Shown: positions 44,003 to 55,314, numbered from the stretch's first letter. The stretch is 64,000 nt of DNA from Promethearchaeia archaeon (GCA_029856125.1 JAHQWJ010000147.1:12509-76508); one strand, 5' to 3'. The notes: generated from the letters alone by a model not told the origin. Program-made: numbers and translations.

Positions 44003-45217
44003 CTATGCCTGACTTAAGAGATTAGATATATATTCCCATTTCTTGTTGATTTTTTCGGCAGTTCGTAATCGATTGAATATTTTATATTCGAAAGCTCCAA
44101 TTAAATTATATAAGCCTTTTACTTCCTTGTATACATCGTAATTCTCGAAGACATTTTTATAATCTTCAATGTTCTCCGTACTCCATATATCTTCCTTCTC
44201 TTTCATTTTCTTTGCTATATTCGTTACCCATAAATTTGCCATTTCCATAGAATAATATAGACCTGACGAACCAAATGGATTAACAAATCCCGCACTATCT
44301 CCAATAAGAACAATACCAGGGCGTGGTACGAAGTTTTTTACCATTCGTGCATTCGGGAGTACAGTTACTTCTTCGTAATCAATTTTTGCCGCTTTAAAAA
44401 ATTCACTAAAGCCGGGGTAATTTTTCTTCAAATTTTCCCAGACTCTTAAGATTTCCTTATTATCCGGGACAATTACAGTTTTCATTTGAGGAACTTGTGC
44501 CATACGCAACATTAGTCCCACTTCTAATCGTTTATTCTCTAAAGGAAAAACATAAGCCACACTCGGAGGAAAATTAGGTGAATAGTTTAAATCCCCATTT
44601 CCAATGAAAAAGAACTGTAAACCAGGAGTTTTTTCAATCTCTATGTTAGCTTCACTAACTAAAGATTTAATTATTGGACAATTAATTTCTTCGTCATAGG
44701 GGACACCATAATATCTTCCAATAACACCTGTATATCCGCTACAATCTAAAATTGCTTTTCCATAAATCTCGTTGATGTTACTGGACTCATCCTTGTATTT
44801 TAATCCAACACATATCCCATTTTTCTCAATTGGTTCTATTACTTCGCTCTTAAGTAAAATATCAACTCCTACTTCTTTTGCTTTTTCTACGAACCTATCG
44901 ATAAATTCCCTCCATTCGAAAAAATAATGAGGATATTCGCGGAAAGTCGTTGTTATCTGTAGATCTCCTGGAGAATGCCAAACTCTAGCACCATCGGATT
45001 TAAATCCTATAGATGGTAAAAAATCTTTTCCTAGAATATCATCTACAATAGAATAATAACCCATTCCCTCACCACGAGGTTTTGGTCCAGCTTGGTCTCC
45101 TTTCTCTATAACCACTACTTTAAATCCTTCTCTGGCAGCTACAATACTGGCAGTTAGCCCTGCAGGACCTGCTCCAACGATTACAAAATCAAAAATGCTT
45201 GAATTATTTGATGCCAT
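44003..45217 (-). CDS. FAD-dependent oxidoreductase, geranylgeranyl reductase family
   Basis: IVGAGPAG, YVFP, IGDSAGFVNPFGSSG. Confidence 0.8.
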   Translation of the reverse strand: MASNNSSIFDFVIVGAGPAGLTASIVAAREGFKVVVIEKGDQAGPKPRGEGMGYYSIVDDILGKDFLPSIGFKSDGARVWHSPGDLQITTTFREYPHYFFEWREFIDRFVEKAKEVGVDILLKSEVIEPIEKNGICVGLKYKDESSNINEIYGKAILDCSGYTGVIGRYYGVPYDEEINCPIIKSLVSEANIEIEKTPGLQFFFIGNGDLNYSPNFPPSVAYVFPLENKRLEVGLMLRMAQVPQMKTVIVPDNKEILRVWENLKKNYPGFSEFFKAAKIDYEEVTVLPNARMVKNFVPRPGIVLIGDSAGFVNPFGSSGLYYSMEMANLWVTNIAKKMKEKEDIWSTENIEDYKNVFENYDVYKEVKGLYNLIGAFEYKIFNRLRTAEKINKKWEYISNLLSQA

Positions 45218-45468
45218 AAAATGAAATAAGAATAAGGGTAATTAATTACTTTTGGTGATGACACATCAAATACAATAGTGTCCATGATTACTAATGAGCC
45301 TATAGGAAATCATTTTTAACGCTTTGGCTATAATTTTATAGCAATTGATTTTTCGCAATTTTTTCTTAGATGTTTTTTTAAAAATAATTTATAAACGATC
45401 GAGAATAGTCATATATACATTTTTAGCAATTACACAAAAATGTGAAATGTATTGAGAGGTGAAATTAA

Positions 45469-45789
45469 ATGGTAATAGTTATTATGAGATTAATTCAAAA
45501 AATAGCAAATGGTAAATGGGATGAATTAGAAGAGCTTGATAAAAAATTCAATGAAATTGAGGACAAAATAGGTTATCCTCCAAAAAAGCGATATCGTAGC
45601 CTATCGGGGGCCTATGACAACAACGTAATTATTATTGAAAGAGAATGGCAAAGCTTATCAAAAATGGAAAAGGGTTTGACAAAAGGTTTCTTAGATCCTG
45701 AATTAGCAAAATTAGAAAAAAAATTAGGTTCAATTGTTGAATGGCAAAAAACAGAATTGTATGTACCTCATCCACCATTTCCGGTATAA
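45469..45789 (+). CDS. Hypothetical protein (NIPSNAP/dimeric alpha-beta barrel-like)
   Basis: GAGGTGA SD; IIEREWQSL pattern. Confidence 0.55.
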   Translation: MVIVIMRLIQKIANGKWDELEELDKKFNEIEDKIGYPPKKRYRSLSGAYDNNVIIIEREWQSLSKMEKGLTKGFLDPELAKLEKKLGSIVEWQKTELYVPHPPFPV

Positions 45790-45887
45790 AGATTATTTCA
45801 AAATCGTTAACTCTCCTTCTTTCTTTTTTTTATATTTCGATGAAATAATGTTTAAAGGGCTTCCTATATTTATCAAACTAAGTTATA

Positions 45888-46496
45888 ATGGAGAAATTAA
45901 AGACATATTACCTTAAAACATATAATTTGTTACCAGCACCAATTTATGGATTGCTTTCAGCAATAGTAGGTATAGGCGGAGATATCATAGGCATAGCTCT
46001 TTTTCCGGGTTATAATTTAAACTATATGATAAGTGCTTTAGGAGCCGGTCCTGGTGCGATATATTTTAATATTGGAACAATCTTATCTGGTATATTCGCC
46101 TTATTATTCTATTTATATATGATAAAGGCTATTGGAAACGAAAAAAATGATCCAAAATTACAAAGAGTAGGCCATTTTTTCGCAATTAATTCATGTATCT
46201 TTTTTTCATTAGTTGGTGTTTTTCCTACTTCAACAAATATGATACTTTTCTATCTTCATGGAACTTGTGCTTTAATTAGTTGGTTGAGCGCGATTATTTA
46301 TTTAAGCATTTTTAGCTCTTTGATATTTAAAAACAAGGTTATTCCAGAATTTTTTGGGTATTTAGCACTAATAACTGCGGGCACAATAATTGTGTTCTTA
46401 TTAACATGGATACCTATAATAGAATGGATTATGGCATTAGGAGTCACAGTTTGGATAACTCTACCCTCTATATATATGCTCTACCATAAGATTTAG
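45888..46496 (+). CDS. DUF998-like membrane protein
   Basis: PGY...ISALG...FN, LVGVFP, LH motifs; about 5 TM helices. Confidence 0.7.
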   Translation: MEKLKTYYLKTYNLLPAPIYGLLSAIVGIGGDIIGIALFPGYNLNYMISALGAGPGAIYFNIGTILSGIFALLFYLYMIKAIGNEKNDPKLQRVGHFFAINSCIFFSLVGVFPTSTNMILFYLHGTCALISWLSAIIYLSIFSSLIFKNKVIPEFFGYLALITAGTIIVFLLTWIPIIEWIMALGVTVWITLPSIYMLYHKI

Positions 46497-46572
46497 GGGC
46501 CCCTTATATCCATTTCTTTACAAATTTAGTATATAAGAGAGTTTTAATGCGATATTTAATAAGATTAAGATA

Positions 46573-47508
46573 ATGTCAGATTTAATTGGATACATTTTAA
46601 CCCTTGATGCTTTGTTCACTTGGGGTATTGCTTCGTTAGTTTATAAATTTAGTCTAGGTAAAATTGAATCAAAACCCGGTCTTCTATTTAGGTTAATATT
46701 CGTGTCGTGCTCCACTTTTATTCTCGCTCTTTTCTTCGGCACATTCTCTTTCATTCCCTTATTGAGTTCGCAAAATTTAACAAGCTATATAATCGCATGT
46801 TTAATTTCAGGGTTATCAGTCACAATAGGAGATTTGCTTTATTTCGCTTCCTTAAAGAAAATTGACGCCTCTCGAGCATTTCCGCTAACTCAATTAAGTT
46901 TAATCTTTGTTTATCCATTTGCGTTTATTTTTTTTGGGGAAGAATTGAAACTTTCTATAGTACTAGGCGGTTTATTAATCCTTCTGAGTGCTTTTATTTT
47001 AAGTACTAAAGATAAAGAAAATGTAAATGAAAATGGTTCAGAAAAGAAAATCCAATCTTCAGAGAAAATGGTTATTGGAGTTCTACTAGCCATTGGTTCG
47101 GCATTTCTCTGGGGCCTTTCTATAGTTGCATTCAATCAAGCAAGAATTATCTCTAACGATGTGTTCGTTACAAATTTTATCAGAGTATTTTTTGGTACTA
47201 TATTCTTTATCATACTTGGTATTTTTCAGATAGAATTTTACTCTAGTTTTACAAAGGCTAACAGAAAAAAATTTAAATACTTTATATTTGTTGGAATAGC
47301 AGGAGCGTTGTCTTTAGGTTTAGCAGATACATTATTTTATAAAGCAGCGGAAATAAACGGCTTAGTATTGACATCAACATTTACAGCTAATACACCAATG
47401 GTCCAACAAATTCTATCAATATTGATTTTAAAAGAGAAATTCCGTAAGAGATTTATATTTGCTGTCGGATTAATAATTATTGGCAATTACATCATTTTAT
47501 TTTTATAA
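46573..47508 (+). CDS. EamA/DMT family transporter
   Basis: Two 5-TM repeats, FFGEEL and ILKEKF motifs. Confidence 0.88.
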   Translation: MSDLIGYILTLDALFTWGIASLVYKFSLGKIESKPGLLFRLIFVSCSTFILALFFGTFSFIPLLSSQNLTSYIIACLISGLSVTIGDLLYFASLKKIDASRAFPLTQLSLIFVYPFAFIFFGEELKLSIVLGGLLILLSAFILSTKDKENVNENGSEKKIQSSEKMVIGVLLAIGSAFLWGLSIVAFNQARIISNDVFVTNFIRVFFGTIFFIILGIFQIEFYSSFTKANRKKFKYFIFVGIAGALSLGLADTLFYKAAEINGLVLTSTFTANTPMVQQILSILILKEKFRKRFIFAVGLIIIGNYIILFL

Positions 47509-47535
47509 ACTTCATTAATCTAAGTAAGAATTATT

Positions 47536-48567
47536 ATGATTAGAGTCGAAATAGAATTATTAACTAATAATATTGTTTTACCTTTTCAAAATTTACGAGA
47601 AAATCCGGAAATTGATTTTCTTGAATTAAATAAATTATTTGCCTCAAAGTCACTAGCTGAACACGGTTTAGGCTTTTTAATTAATGTTTATGAAGTGGTA
47701 GATTTAGATCATCCTAATAATTATAAATTAATTAAAAAAATTGTGTTTGATACCGGAGGTACAAATCTTACATATTTACATAACATAGATGTTCGAGGAT
47801 ATCCATTATACGATGTAGATTGCATTGTATTGTCACATTGGCATTATGATCATTCTGGGGGATTATTCAAAATATTAGAACGAATAGATAAGAAAGTTCC
47901 AATTATTAGTCATGAGAGTGCTAAGTTTGAGAGATTTTTTAAGCGAGTTAGAAATTTAAAAAATGAAGATTTGATGGGAAAAAAGAGGACAGATCTTTTA
48001 CATCTGCTCTCATCTTCAAAAATCGTCAGTCAGGAACCAATGAATATAGAGCTTGTTAAAAATTTAAAAGGTCATATCCACTTTACAAAGGAACCTTATG
48101 AAATCCTCAATATCGAAGGACTTAAAATAGTTGCTAGTGGAGAAATTCCTAGAAATCACACAGAGGAAGATTTTAATAACTTTTTTTCGCTACAAGCAGG
48201 AATTCTTAATGTTGACAAAATTTTGGACGATAAATGCTTGATTTTAGAGTTTGAGGAAAATATCGTTTTGCTAAACGGATGTTGTCATTCAGGTTTAATG
48301 AATACATTAGATTATGTTAAAAGCTATTCAAGTAAACCAATAAGTCATATTATAGGGGGATTTCATATGGCAGGCGCATCTGATAAAAGGATTAGAATTA
48401 CGCTCGAATATCTAAATTCGCAGAATATGTTTAAAAATACGCTTTATCTCTTTCCAATTCATTGTAGTGGAGAAAAATTCATTGAGATGGCTAATACAAC
48501 TAGTAACAATAGAATCAAGGCGTTTAATCCTAGCGTAGGTACAACCTTCTATTTTAAAAAAATTTAA
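47536..48567 (+). CDS. MBL-fold metallo-hydrolase
   Basis: AEHGL, FDTG, LSHWHYDHSGG, GCCHSG, GGFH, HCSG. Confidence 0.85.
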   Translation: MIRVEIELLTNNIVLPFQNLRENPEIDFLELNKLFASKSLAEHGLGFLINVYEVVDLDHPNNYKLIKKIVFDTGGTNLTYLHNIDVRGYPLYDVDCIVLSHWHYDHSGGLFKILERIDKKVPIISHESAKFERFFKRVRNLKNEDLMGKKRTDLLHLLSSSKIVSQEPMNIELVKNLKGHIHFTKEPYEILNIEGLKIVASGEIPRNHTEEDFNNFFSLQAGILNVDKILDDKCLILEFEENIVLLNGCCHSGLMNTLDYVKSYSSKPISHIIGGFHMAGASDKRIRITLEYLNSQNMFKNTLYLFPIHCSGEKFIEMANTTSNNRIKAFNPSVGTTFYFKKI

Positions 48568-48674
48568 AATTTAATCTTTTTGTATTATTATTGCATTTTA
48601 ACTTTCAATGAATTTACGGATTAAATAATAAAAAATATAAAGTTATTTATCAATGAAATTATTGATGATTATTT

Positions 48675-49319
48675 ATGAATGTTCGATCATTATTGAATAA
48701 ACGGAAAGTATTTGTTGATGATGTTATAACTGCACTTCTATTAATAATTGTATTATATTTAATCATATTTAATATAAGATTAGCTATTGTGTCATTGGGT
48801 GTGTATCCTTTCTTTTCTCTTATATTGTATGGATTCTATAGATCTTACAAGGGTATTTTTACGAGAAAATTAGATTTTATACTTAGAGGTTTAAATTTAT
48901 TATTTGGAATAGCAAGTATTATTTTCTCAATTATTTTTATAAATTCTTTACTTTCACACCGTGACGCACCTGCGAGTTTTAGTATATATCTCTTAGGAAT
49001 GCCTATATTTCTTATAGGACTTGCTGGATTATTAAAGGGATTAATTGTTAATGTATACTCTCCTAATTTTCGGTATTTAAATATAATAATCGGCGCAACC
49101 ACTGTACTTATTACTGTTATCGCCATAATTTTTGCGGAAACAGGTTTTATGTTTCATATTTTTACTCTTTTGACTACTTTGGCGCTCAACGGGATATTTA
49201 GATCAGCGTTATATTTGAGTGAATATGGATTATCACTAAAAAACATTAAAAATTTAAAACTTGTTTGGTTCATGATGGATAATCTTCCACTAGAAATACC
49301 TCAACTAGAGGAGAATTAG
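48675..49319 (+). CDS. Hypothetical membrane protein
   Basis: About 6 hydrophobic segments. Confidence 0.65.
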   Translation: MNVRSLLNKRKVFVDDVITALLLIIVLYLIIFNIRLAIVSLGVYPFFSLILYGFYRSYKGIFTRKLDFILRGLNLLFGIASIIFSIIFINSLLSHRDAPASFSIYLLGMPIFLIGLAGLLKGLIVNVYSPNFRYLNIIIGATTVLITVIAIIFAETGFMFHIFTLLTTLALNGIFRSALYLSEYGLSLKNIKNLKLVWFMMDNLPLEIPQLEEN

Positions 49320-49456
49320 ATTTAACTATAAAATAAAATCTCAAGAATTTTTTATCCTCAACTTAAGGTTTTAGTATGAATATTATATCATAATCTTTTA
49401 TTATACATAATATATAAAATTTAAAAAATAATTAATTCAAGGTTTCTGGTTAAATC

Positions 49457-50575
49457 ATGGCAGAAATACATTTTAATAAAGAAAAAGGCTCTCAAACAAA
49501 ATTATTCACTCCCGGACCAATCAATATTCCTGAAAGGATATTAAAAGAAATGGCAAAACCAAACGACACCCACAGGTCAAAACCATACACAGAGATGCAT
49601 CAACTGGTTGAAGAAGGACTAAAGAAAATTATGTACACATCTAACACTTGCTTAATTTCTACTTCGAGCGCTACAGGATTAATGGAAGCTTGTGTAAGAA
49701 ATTTGGTCAAAAGCGACGAAAAGGCTCTTTTTCTATCAATTGGTGCGTTTGGAGATCGTTGGTATAAAATTGGTGTTGCAAACGGGAAGACATCCGTAAA
49801 AGAGGGCGTTGAATGGGGTAAAGCAGTAACTCCAGAAGTTGCAAAAGATGTTTTAAGCAAAGATAAATACGCTGTAGTTTTCATTCAATCTAATGAGACA
49901 TCCACAGGAGTGTATAATCCAATGGATGAAGTTATTCCGATCATAAAAGATTCTGGGGCTCTTGTATGTGTTGATGCGACGTCTTCCATGGCTGGTATTA
50001 AAATTGAGGTCGATAAATTAGGAATAGATGTATGCTTAGCTTCAGTTCAAAAAGCTTTCACGATCCCACCAGGATTAGCCGTGTGTTCCATATCTCAAGC
50101 AGCGATTGAAAAGTTTCCACTAGTTAAGAATAGAGGATTTTATTTTGATTTCAGTGATCTACTAAAACGGGCTGAGAAGCATCAAACACCGTCTACTCCA
50201 CCTATTCCACAAATTAGGGCTTTAGCCGCTCAAATTGATTATATTTTGAATCAGGAAGGCTTAGAAAATAGATTTGAAAGGCACGCACAACTTGGTAAAC
50301 GAACAAGGGAATGGGCAAAAGACACTAATTTTGAAATGTTTCCAGAAAAAGGATACGAATCAAACACGGTCTCTACTATGAAAAATTCTTTAAATATCGA
50401 TATTGCAAAAATGGTTTCAACGCTTTTAGAAAACGGTTATCGAATAGTCAACGGTTATGGTGATTTGAAAAACAAGACATTCCGTATTGGTCACATGGGT
50501 GAAGTTACAGTAAAAGAGCTTGATGAAATGTTAAGCGTTCTATCAGATATCGTATCTGATTTAAGATTAAATTAG
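49457..50575 (+). CDS. Class V PLP aminotransferase (serine-pyruvate/archaeal phosphoserine aminotransferase type)
   Basis: LFTPGP, NETSTG, VDATSS, SVQKAF..PPGL, FRIGHMG; near serA. Confidence 0.88.
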   Translation: MAEIHFNKEKGSQTKLFTPGPINIPERILKEMAKPNDTHRSKPYTEMHQLVEEGLKKIMYTSNTCLISTSSATGLMEACVRNLVKSDEKALFLSIGAFGDRWYKIGVANGKTSVKEGVEWGKAVTPEVAKDVLSKDKYAVVFIQSNETSTGVYNPMDEVIPIIKDSGALVCVDATSSMAGIKIEVDKLGIDVCLASVQKAFTIPPGLAVCSISQAAIEKFPLVKNRGFYFDFSDLLKRAEKHQTPSTPPIPQIRALAAQIDYILNQEGLENRFERHAQLGKRTREWAKDTNFEMFPEKGYESNTVSTMKNSLNIDIAKMVSTLLENGYRIVNGYGDLKNKTFRIGHMGEVTVKELDEMLSVLSDIVSDLRLN

Positions 50576-50691
50576 TGAAATTATTAAATCTAATATTTTC
50601 TTTTATTTTATTGAATAATTGGGGAAAATAATCAAAGTTCTTCTATTTTAATGAAGATAAATATTTAAGTGAAAGAAATAATTTTATTCTG

Positions 50692-50958
50692 ATGGATAAA
50701 GAAAAGAGAGAAGGTAACAGTAAAAGAGAAAAAAACCAAAAAATGGAAAGCAAAAAAGAATTTAAAACGCTTATCTTTGAAATATTAATTGTTGATATTA
50801 TATTGTTGCCTTTTTTTATTATATTCTTGTTCCTCTGGGTGTCAAGTATGTTTTTTCTATTTTATTTTATTTTTTTAGGAATTATAATATTTATTGGTGT
50901 ATTGGGCATACTTCTGATTACGAAAAAGATTTCGATAATTAAGTTAAAATCGAGATAG
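50692..50958 (+). CDS. Small 2-TM hypothetical protein
   Basis: Charged N-terminus and two hydrophobic helices. Confidence 0.5.
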   Translation: MDKEKREGNSKREKNQKMESKKEFKTLIFEILIVDIILLPFFIIFLFLWVSSMFFLFYFIFLGIIIFIGVLGILLITKKISIIKLKSR

Positions 50959-51073
50959 AATATCGAATGGTATAATTAATTGCGGTATTTAAAGGGATAT
51001 AATTAGAACAGCAAAAATTCTTTTATATATTAGTTGATTAGAATAAGTATTCTATTAATTGGAATCATAAGAA

Positions 51074-52015
51074 GTGAATCGTATGAAAATTTTGATTAGT
51101 GATAAACTTCAAGAAGAGGGCGTGAAGATACTTCAAGAAAATGGGTTTGAGGTCGTCAAGAATTTCGAGATAACTAACGAACAGCTAAAAAAAGAAATTT
51201 GTAACTACGATGGAATAGTAGTTCGTTCCCGAACCAAATTGACGGCAGATGTTTTGGAAAACGCAAAAAATCTTAAAGTCATAGGTAGAGCTGGGGTAGG
51301 TTTAGACAATATAGATAGAAAGAAAGCTGCAGAATTAAATATAGAGGTCTTAAACACACCAGATGCGCCTTCTGTTTCTGTCGCAGAGCTGGCGCTAGGT
51401 CTAATGTTCGCTTTGGCTCGACACATCTCAAATGCTGATCGAACCATGCATCTTGAAGAATGGAATAAAAAACAATACTTAGGGTATACACTAAAAGGGA
51501 AGAAACTTGGGTTGATCGGATTTGGAAACATAGCGAAAGAATTAGCCAAGAGGGCAATAGCCCTAGACATGGAAGTGGGCGTATTTTCAAGATTTAGCAA
51601 AGGACCAGAGGCTGTAGAAGAAGCTAAAAACATCGGTTGTAAAATATATTCGTCCATTGAGGAATTATTGCATGATGCTAGGGTGGTTTCGTTACATTTA
51701 CCTGCAACACCTCAAACAGAAAATATTATTAATGAAAACAATATTAAATTGATGAAAAAAGAAGCTATTATAATTAATACTGCCAGAGGTAAGCTCATTG
51801 ACGAAAATGCTCTAATCAAAGCGTTAGAAAATAAAGACATAGGTGGTGCAGCATTAGATGTATATAGAGAAGAACCACTGAAAGATAAGGAACTATGTCA
51901 ATGTAAAGGAAATTTAATTCTTACACCCCATATTGGAGCGCAAACGAAGGAAACTCAGGTAGACGCGGCCATTAAAATTGCAGAAAAAATGTCAAGCCTC
52001 TTAAAAAGTCTCTAA
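51074..52015 (+). CDS. serA: D-3-phosphoglycerate dehydrogenase (short type)
   Basis: RAGVGLDNID, SVAE, GFGNI, NTARG, LDVY..EP, TPHIGAQT. Confidence 0.85.
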   Translation: MNRMKILISDKLQEEGVKILQENGFEVVKNFEITNEQLKKEICNYDGIVVRSRTKLTADVLENAKNLKVIGRAGVGLDNIDRKKAAELNIEVLNTPDAPSVSVAELALGLMFALARHISNADRTMHLEEWNKKQYLGYTLKGKKLGLIGFGNIAKELAKRAIALDMEVGVFSRFSKGPEAVEEAKNIGCKIYSSIEELLHDARVVSLHLPATPQTENIINENNIKLMKKEAIIINTARGKLIDENALIKALENKDIGGAALDVYREEPLKDKELCQCKGNLILTPHIGAQTKETQVDAAIKIAEKMSSLLKSL

Positions 52016-52017
52016 AG

Positions 52018-54051
52018 TTAAATTTTAGTGATCTTAACGATAGTAGAGAAATAAGCTCCCGAACGTCTTGATTCCTCTGAGGTTTCAGGGGTAAAAATAT
52101 TAACATTCTTGTAATCTGAGTCAGTGAAAGGAAGTCCTGAATAAATCAAGGCTGTACCGGGTTTTAAATCGGAATTCTCCCCTAAAATGTATTTCGCTTC
52201 ACCAAATTTGTTAGAAACTAGTATATTTTCGTGAAGTTTTAGCCCGATTGAGTCAATATCATAGGAATTTAAAAAGATTTTACCGAAAACATTCTCGAAT
52301 TCTCCATGAATTTCGCCCATTTGAGAGTGTATGAAATATTTATGAGAATGTGAAAGTAAATAGAATTCATCATCCTTTCGCTTGAGTACTAAATCTAAAT
52401 TTTGGTTAAAAATTTCGATATCGGTTTGATGAATTTGAATTTTACCATTTGAAGTTGGAAATTTTAAATCATTAAAAGGAACATCATTAACATCGAAAGG
52501 TATGTAATATCCTTTAGTTTTGAGAGGTTCTTGAATGAATTTGGGCAATAATCCACAACATTTTTTAAAGATGTCTTTTTGAGTTTCTTGAAAAATAGAA
52601 TCGTCTTGCCATCCTATCTTTTTAGCTAGTCGTTGAAAAAATTCATAATTGGAACTACACTCCGAATATGGGCAAGGGCCTCCTTGATTTGTGGATATAC
52701 CAGGGATAAAATATGGTGTAATTAAATCATCAGTTTCAAGATCGAATTTTACAGGTATAACGATATCTGCGAATTTAGTTGTTTCGTTCAAAAACATGTC
52801 TAGCACAACGGTAAACAAATCTTCTCTCAATAGAGATTTTTCAAGAATGTTTTGATTTGGGAGAGAACTCACGGGATTAACATTATACACAAATAACATT
52901 TTATATTGGTTGGAACGTAAAGAATATCCGAGATTAATAAGGGGAATCCTCCGATTTTGTGAAGTTTTACTTGACTTTGTTATATATTCTATAAGTGGTC
53001 CCTTAAAATCTCGATTAAAGCCACTTTGAGAAAATAGGAATCCAGTTCCTTGATGGCCAAAATTTCCAAGGAATATTTGAATTAAAGCGATTGAATTTAG
53101 GTTTCTTCCCCCGTAAAAATATTTTTGAGGTCCAAATCCTACAATAAAAAGAGTTCTTTGTTTATTATTGATAAGGAGTTTTAAAAATTCGTGCAAAGTT
53201 TCACGATTAAGACTGGTTTGATGGAGAATTTTATCTTCATCGATATTTTCAACTTCCTCTACTAAATTAATACACTTATCGACATGCTGGCTTATAAAAT
53301 TTTCATCACATTCTCCTGAAGTAACTAACTTATTTAAAACATATTTAGCAATCAGAAAATCGGTACCAGGGTAAGGTTGTAGAAACAAATCAGCACTTTC
53401 TGCTAAATTAGTTCTTACTGGGTTCACAACGATTAGTTTCGAACCATTCTTAATTGCTTTCTTAACTAGGAAGTGGGCGTGATTATTTCGATCGGCTAGA
53501 TTACTCCCCCATACTACAATTAAACGATTATTTGAATTAGAAATTTGTAATGGATTTGTTGTAGAATAGTTTCCGAACATTCTTCCTAACGCAAAACACC
53601 CCGCTTCATTGCAGGTACCTTCACTTGTTATGGTTGCTCCAAGCTTACGAAAGAATCGAAAAGGAGAATACATAGAAATCAAACCACTATTTCCAGCGTA
53701 GTAAGCTGCCAGAATAGAAGAAGGTTTATATTTTTCTTTAACAGTAGTAAGCTGAGTTGAGATAAGATTTAACGCTTCTTCAAGACTTACAGAAGTAAAG
53801 GAGTTTGAACCTTTAGGTCCTGACCGTATCAATGCTGTTTTTATTCGCTGAGGATGATAAAGCAGTTTTTCTCTGTTATTTAACTTCGGACAGAAAAAGC
53901 CGTTAGTAAAAGGATGCTCCTTTAAAGGTTTGGCAGTTAAAAGTTTTTGCTCTGGAGCTTGATCGTTCCACTCCCCTATAAATACACATGACCCATAACA
54001 ATCTTTGGAGCATGTTCCATACCTTTTTGTTAGTTCAAAATTCCTATTCAA
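52018..54051 (-). CDS. Molybdopterin-dependent oxidoreductase
   Basis: CSKDCYGSC...FCPK Fe-S motif, WGSN, PGTD, NETTKFADIVIP. Confidence 0.85.
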   Translation of the reverse strand: MNRNFELTKRYGTCSKDCYGSCVFIGEWNDQAPEQKLLTAKPLKEHPFTNGFFCPKLNNREKLLYHPQRIKTALIRSGPKGSNSFTSVSLEEALNLISTQLTTVKEKYKPSSILAAYYAGNSGLISMYSPFRFFRKLGATITSEGTCNEAGCFALGRMFGNYSTTNPLQISNSNNRLIVVWGSNLADRNNHAHFLVKKAIKNGSKLIVVNPVRTNLAESADLFLQPYPGTDFLIAKYVLNKLVTSGECDENFISQHVDKCINLVEEVENIDEDKILHQTSLNRETLHEFLKLLINNKQRTLFIVGFGPQKYFYGGRNLNSIALIQIFLGNFGHQGTGFLFSQSGFNRDFKGPLIEYITKSSKTSQNRRIPLINLGYSLRSNQYKMLFVYNVNPVSSLPNQNILEKSLLREDLFTVVLDMFLNETTKFADIVIPVKFDLETDDLITPYFIPGISTNQGGPCPYSECSSNYEFFQRLAKKIGWQDDSIFQETQKDIFKKCCGLLPKFIQEPLKTKGYYIPFDVNDVPFNDLKFPTSNGKIQIHQTDIEIFNQNLDLVLKRKDDEFYLLSHSHKYFIHSQMGEIHGEFENVFGKIFLNSYDIDSIGLKLHENILVSNKFGEAKYILGENSDLKPGTALIYSGLPFTDSDYKNVNIFTPETSEESRRSGAYFSTIVKITKI

Positions 54052-54082
54052 ACTTTCAAGCGCCTGACTTATAGATTTTTGG

Positions 54083-55285
54083 TCATTCTTCTCTTAAATC
54101 GTGTAGCACTAAACCGGATAAAAGTTTAGGATCGAACCATGTCGATTTCGGAGGCATCACACCTCCTGAATCAGCAATTGACTCCAAATCCTTTATATCA
54201 ACAGGATAAAGATTGAAAAATACATCATTACCTTTTTCAGTTGTATACTCTTCCATGGTATTTGGATCTTGTAATCCCCCAACAAAAAAGATGTTATCGT
54301 CAGCACGAATGTTAATAATCCTTAATATTGGCCCCAAAACTTTATCTTGAAGAATAGTCACGTCTAAGCTGTCCCGTTTTGAGTCAAATATTTTCTCTTT
54401 AGTTTCTAACTTATACCATTTTCCTTTTATGCAGAGTGCAGTTTGATTTTTTCTATTTGGATTAAAAGCTGTTTTAACCTTTTTAATGTAATAAATTTCT
54501 TCCAACTTTCTTAAAAACTCTTCTTTACCATCTTTTAATCTTTTAATAACCCGGTTATAAGGTAGAATTCTAATTTGGTCGTCTGAGGCAACATAAGACA
54601 ATAAAAATTGCCAAGGAGAATTAGAGTTTTCATTTTCATTGGAGTTTTCCATTTGAATTTTACGATACTCTGCTGCACTTGCTGCTCGGTGGTGCCCGTC
54701 AGCAATATAGACTTTTTTATCTTTAAAGAGAACAGATAATCTGGCAATAATATTAAGTTCTGTTTCCTGCCAAAGTATGTGGCGATAACCATATTTATTG
54801 AAGTCAAATTTAGGTTTCTTTTGTTTTATTTGCTCTATTACTTTGTTGATCTCAATATCAGCGCGAAAAACTGACCAGACGAGTCCCGCCGCTACATTAG
54901 AAGTTGTAATATGCTTAGTTCGATCTTCAAGTGGTTTCACTCGAGTATACTCGTGCTTAACTATGTTGTTTTCTTCATAATCTTGAAGTGCGATTCCCAT
55001 AATTAACCCTTCTTGACTAAAATGGGGTGATTCTTGACGGTAAACAAATATACTTGGTTTACCTTCTCGAACGATTATATTTGAAGCTTTAAATCTCTCA
55101 TAAGCCGAGAAGGCATTATGATATAATTCATCTCCTTCACCATCAGGTAAAATCAAATGGATGAGCGAGTTTTTTTGCTTCTTTAATTCTTTTTCTTCCT
55201 CTTTTCCTATTACATCATAAGGATTTGTTGTAAATTCGCTTGCGTTATTTGGGCAATAAGGTCGGATACTAGATATTTTAACCAT
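54083..55285 (-). CDS. DUF1015 family protein
   Basis: PYDV, KHEYT, YIADGHHR, MPPKSTWFDPKL. Confidence 0.9.
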   Translation of the reverse strand: MVKISSIRPYCPNNASEFTTNPYDVIGKEEEKELKKQKNSLIHLILPDGEGDELYHNAFSAYERFKASNIIVREGKPSIFVYRQESPHFSQEGLIMGIALQDYEENNIVKHEYTRVKPLEDRTKHITTSNVAAGLVWSVFRADIEINKVIEQIKQKKPKFDFNKYGYRHILWQETELNIIARLSVLFKDKKVYIADGHHRAASAAEYRKIQMENSNENENSNSPWQFLLSYVASDDQIRILPYNRVIKRLKDGKEEFLRKLEEIYYIKKVKTAFNPNRKNQTALCIKGKWYKLETKEKIFDSKRDSLDVTILQDKVLGPILRIINIRADDNIFFVGGLQDPNTMEEYTTEKGNDVFFNLYPVDIKDLESIADSGGVMPPKSTWFDPKLLSGLVLHDLREE

Positions 55286-55314
55286 GATTACACTCTCTTT
55301 ATGAATAAATAAAA

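Noticed and set aside
45252-45304. GGTGATG...CTAATGAGCCTA resembles a fluoride riboswitch or a C/D box RNA
   Set aside because: The fluoride pseudoknot pairing is absent, there is no crcB-like gene downstream, and the C/D box spacing is not convincing
52018-54051. Possible selenocysteine in the molybdopterin enzyme
   Set aside because: The ORF is uninterrupted and has Cys (EGTCNEAG) at the expected ligand position
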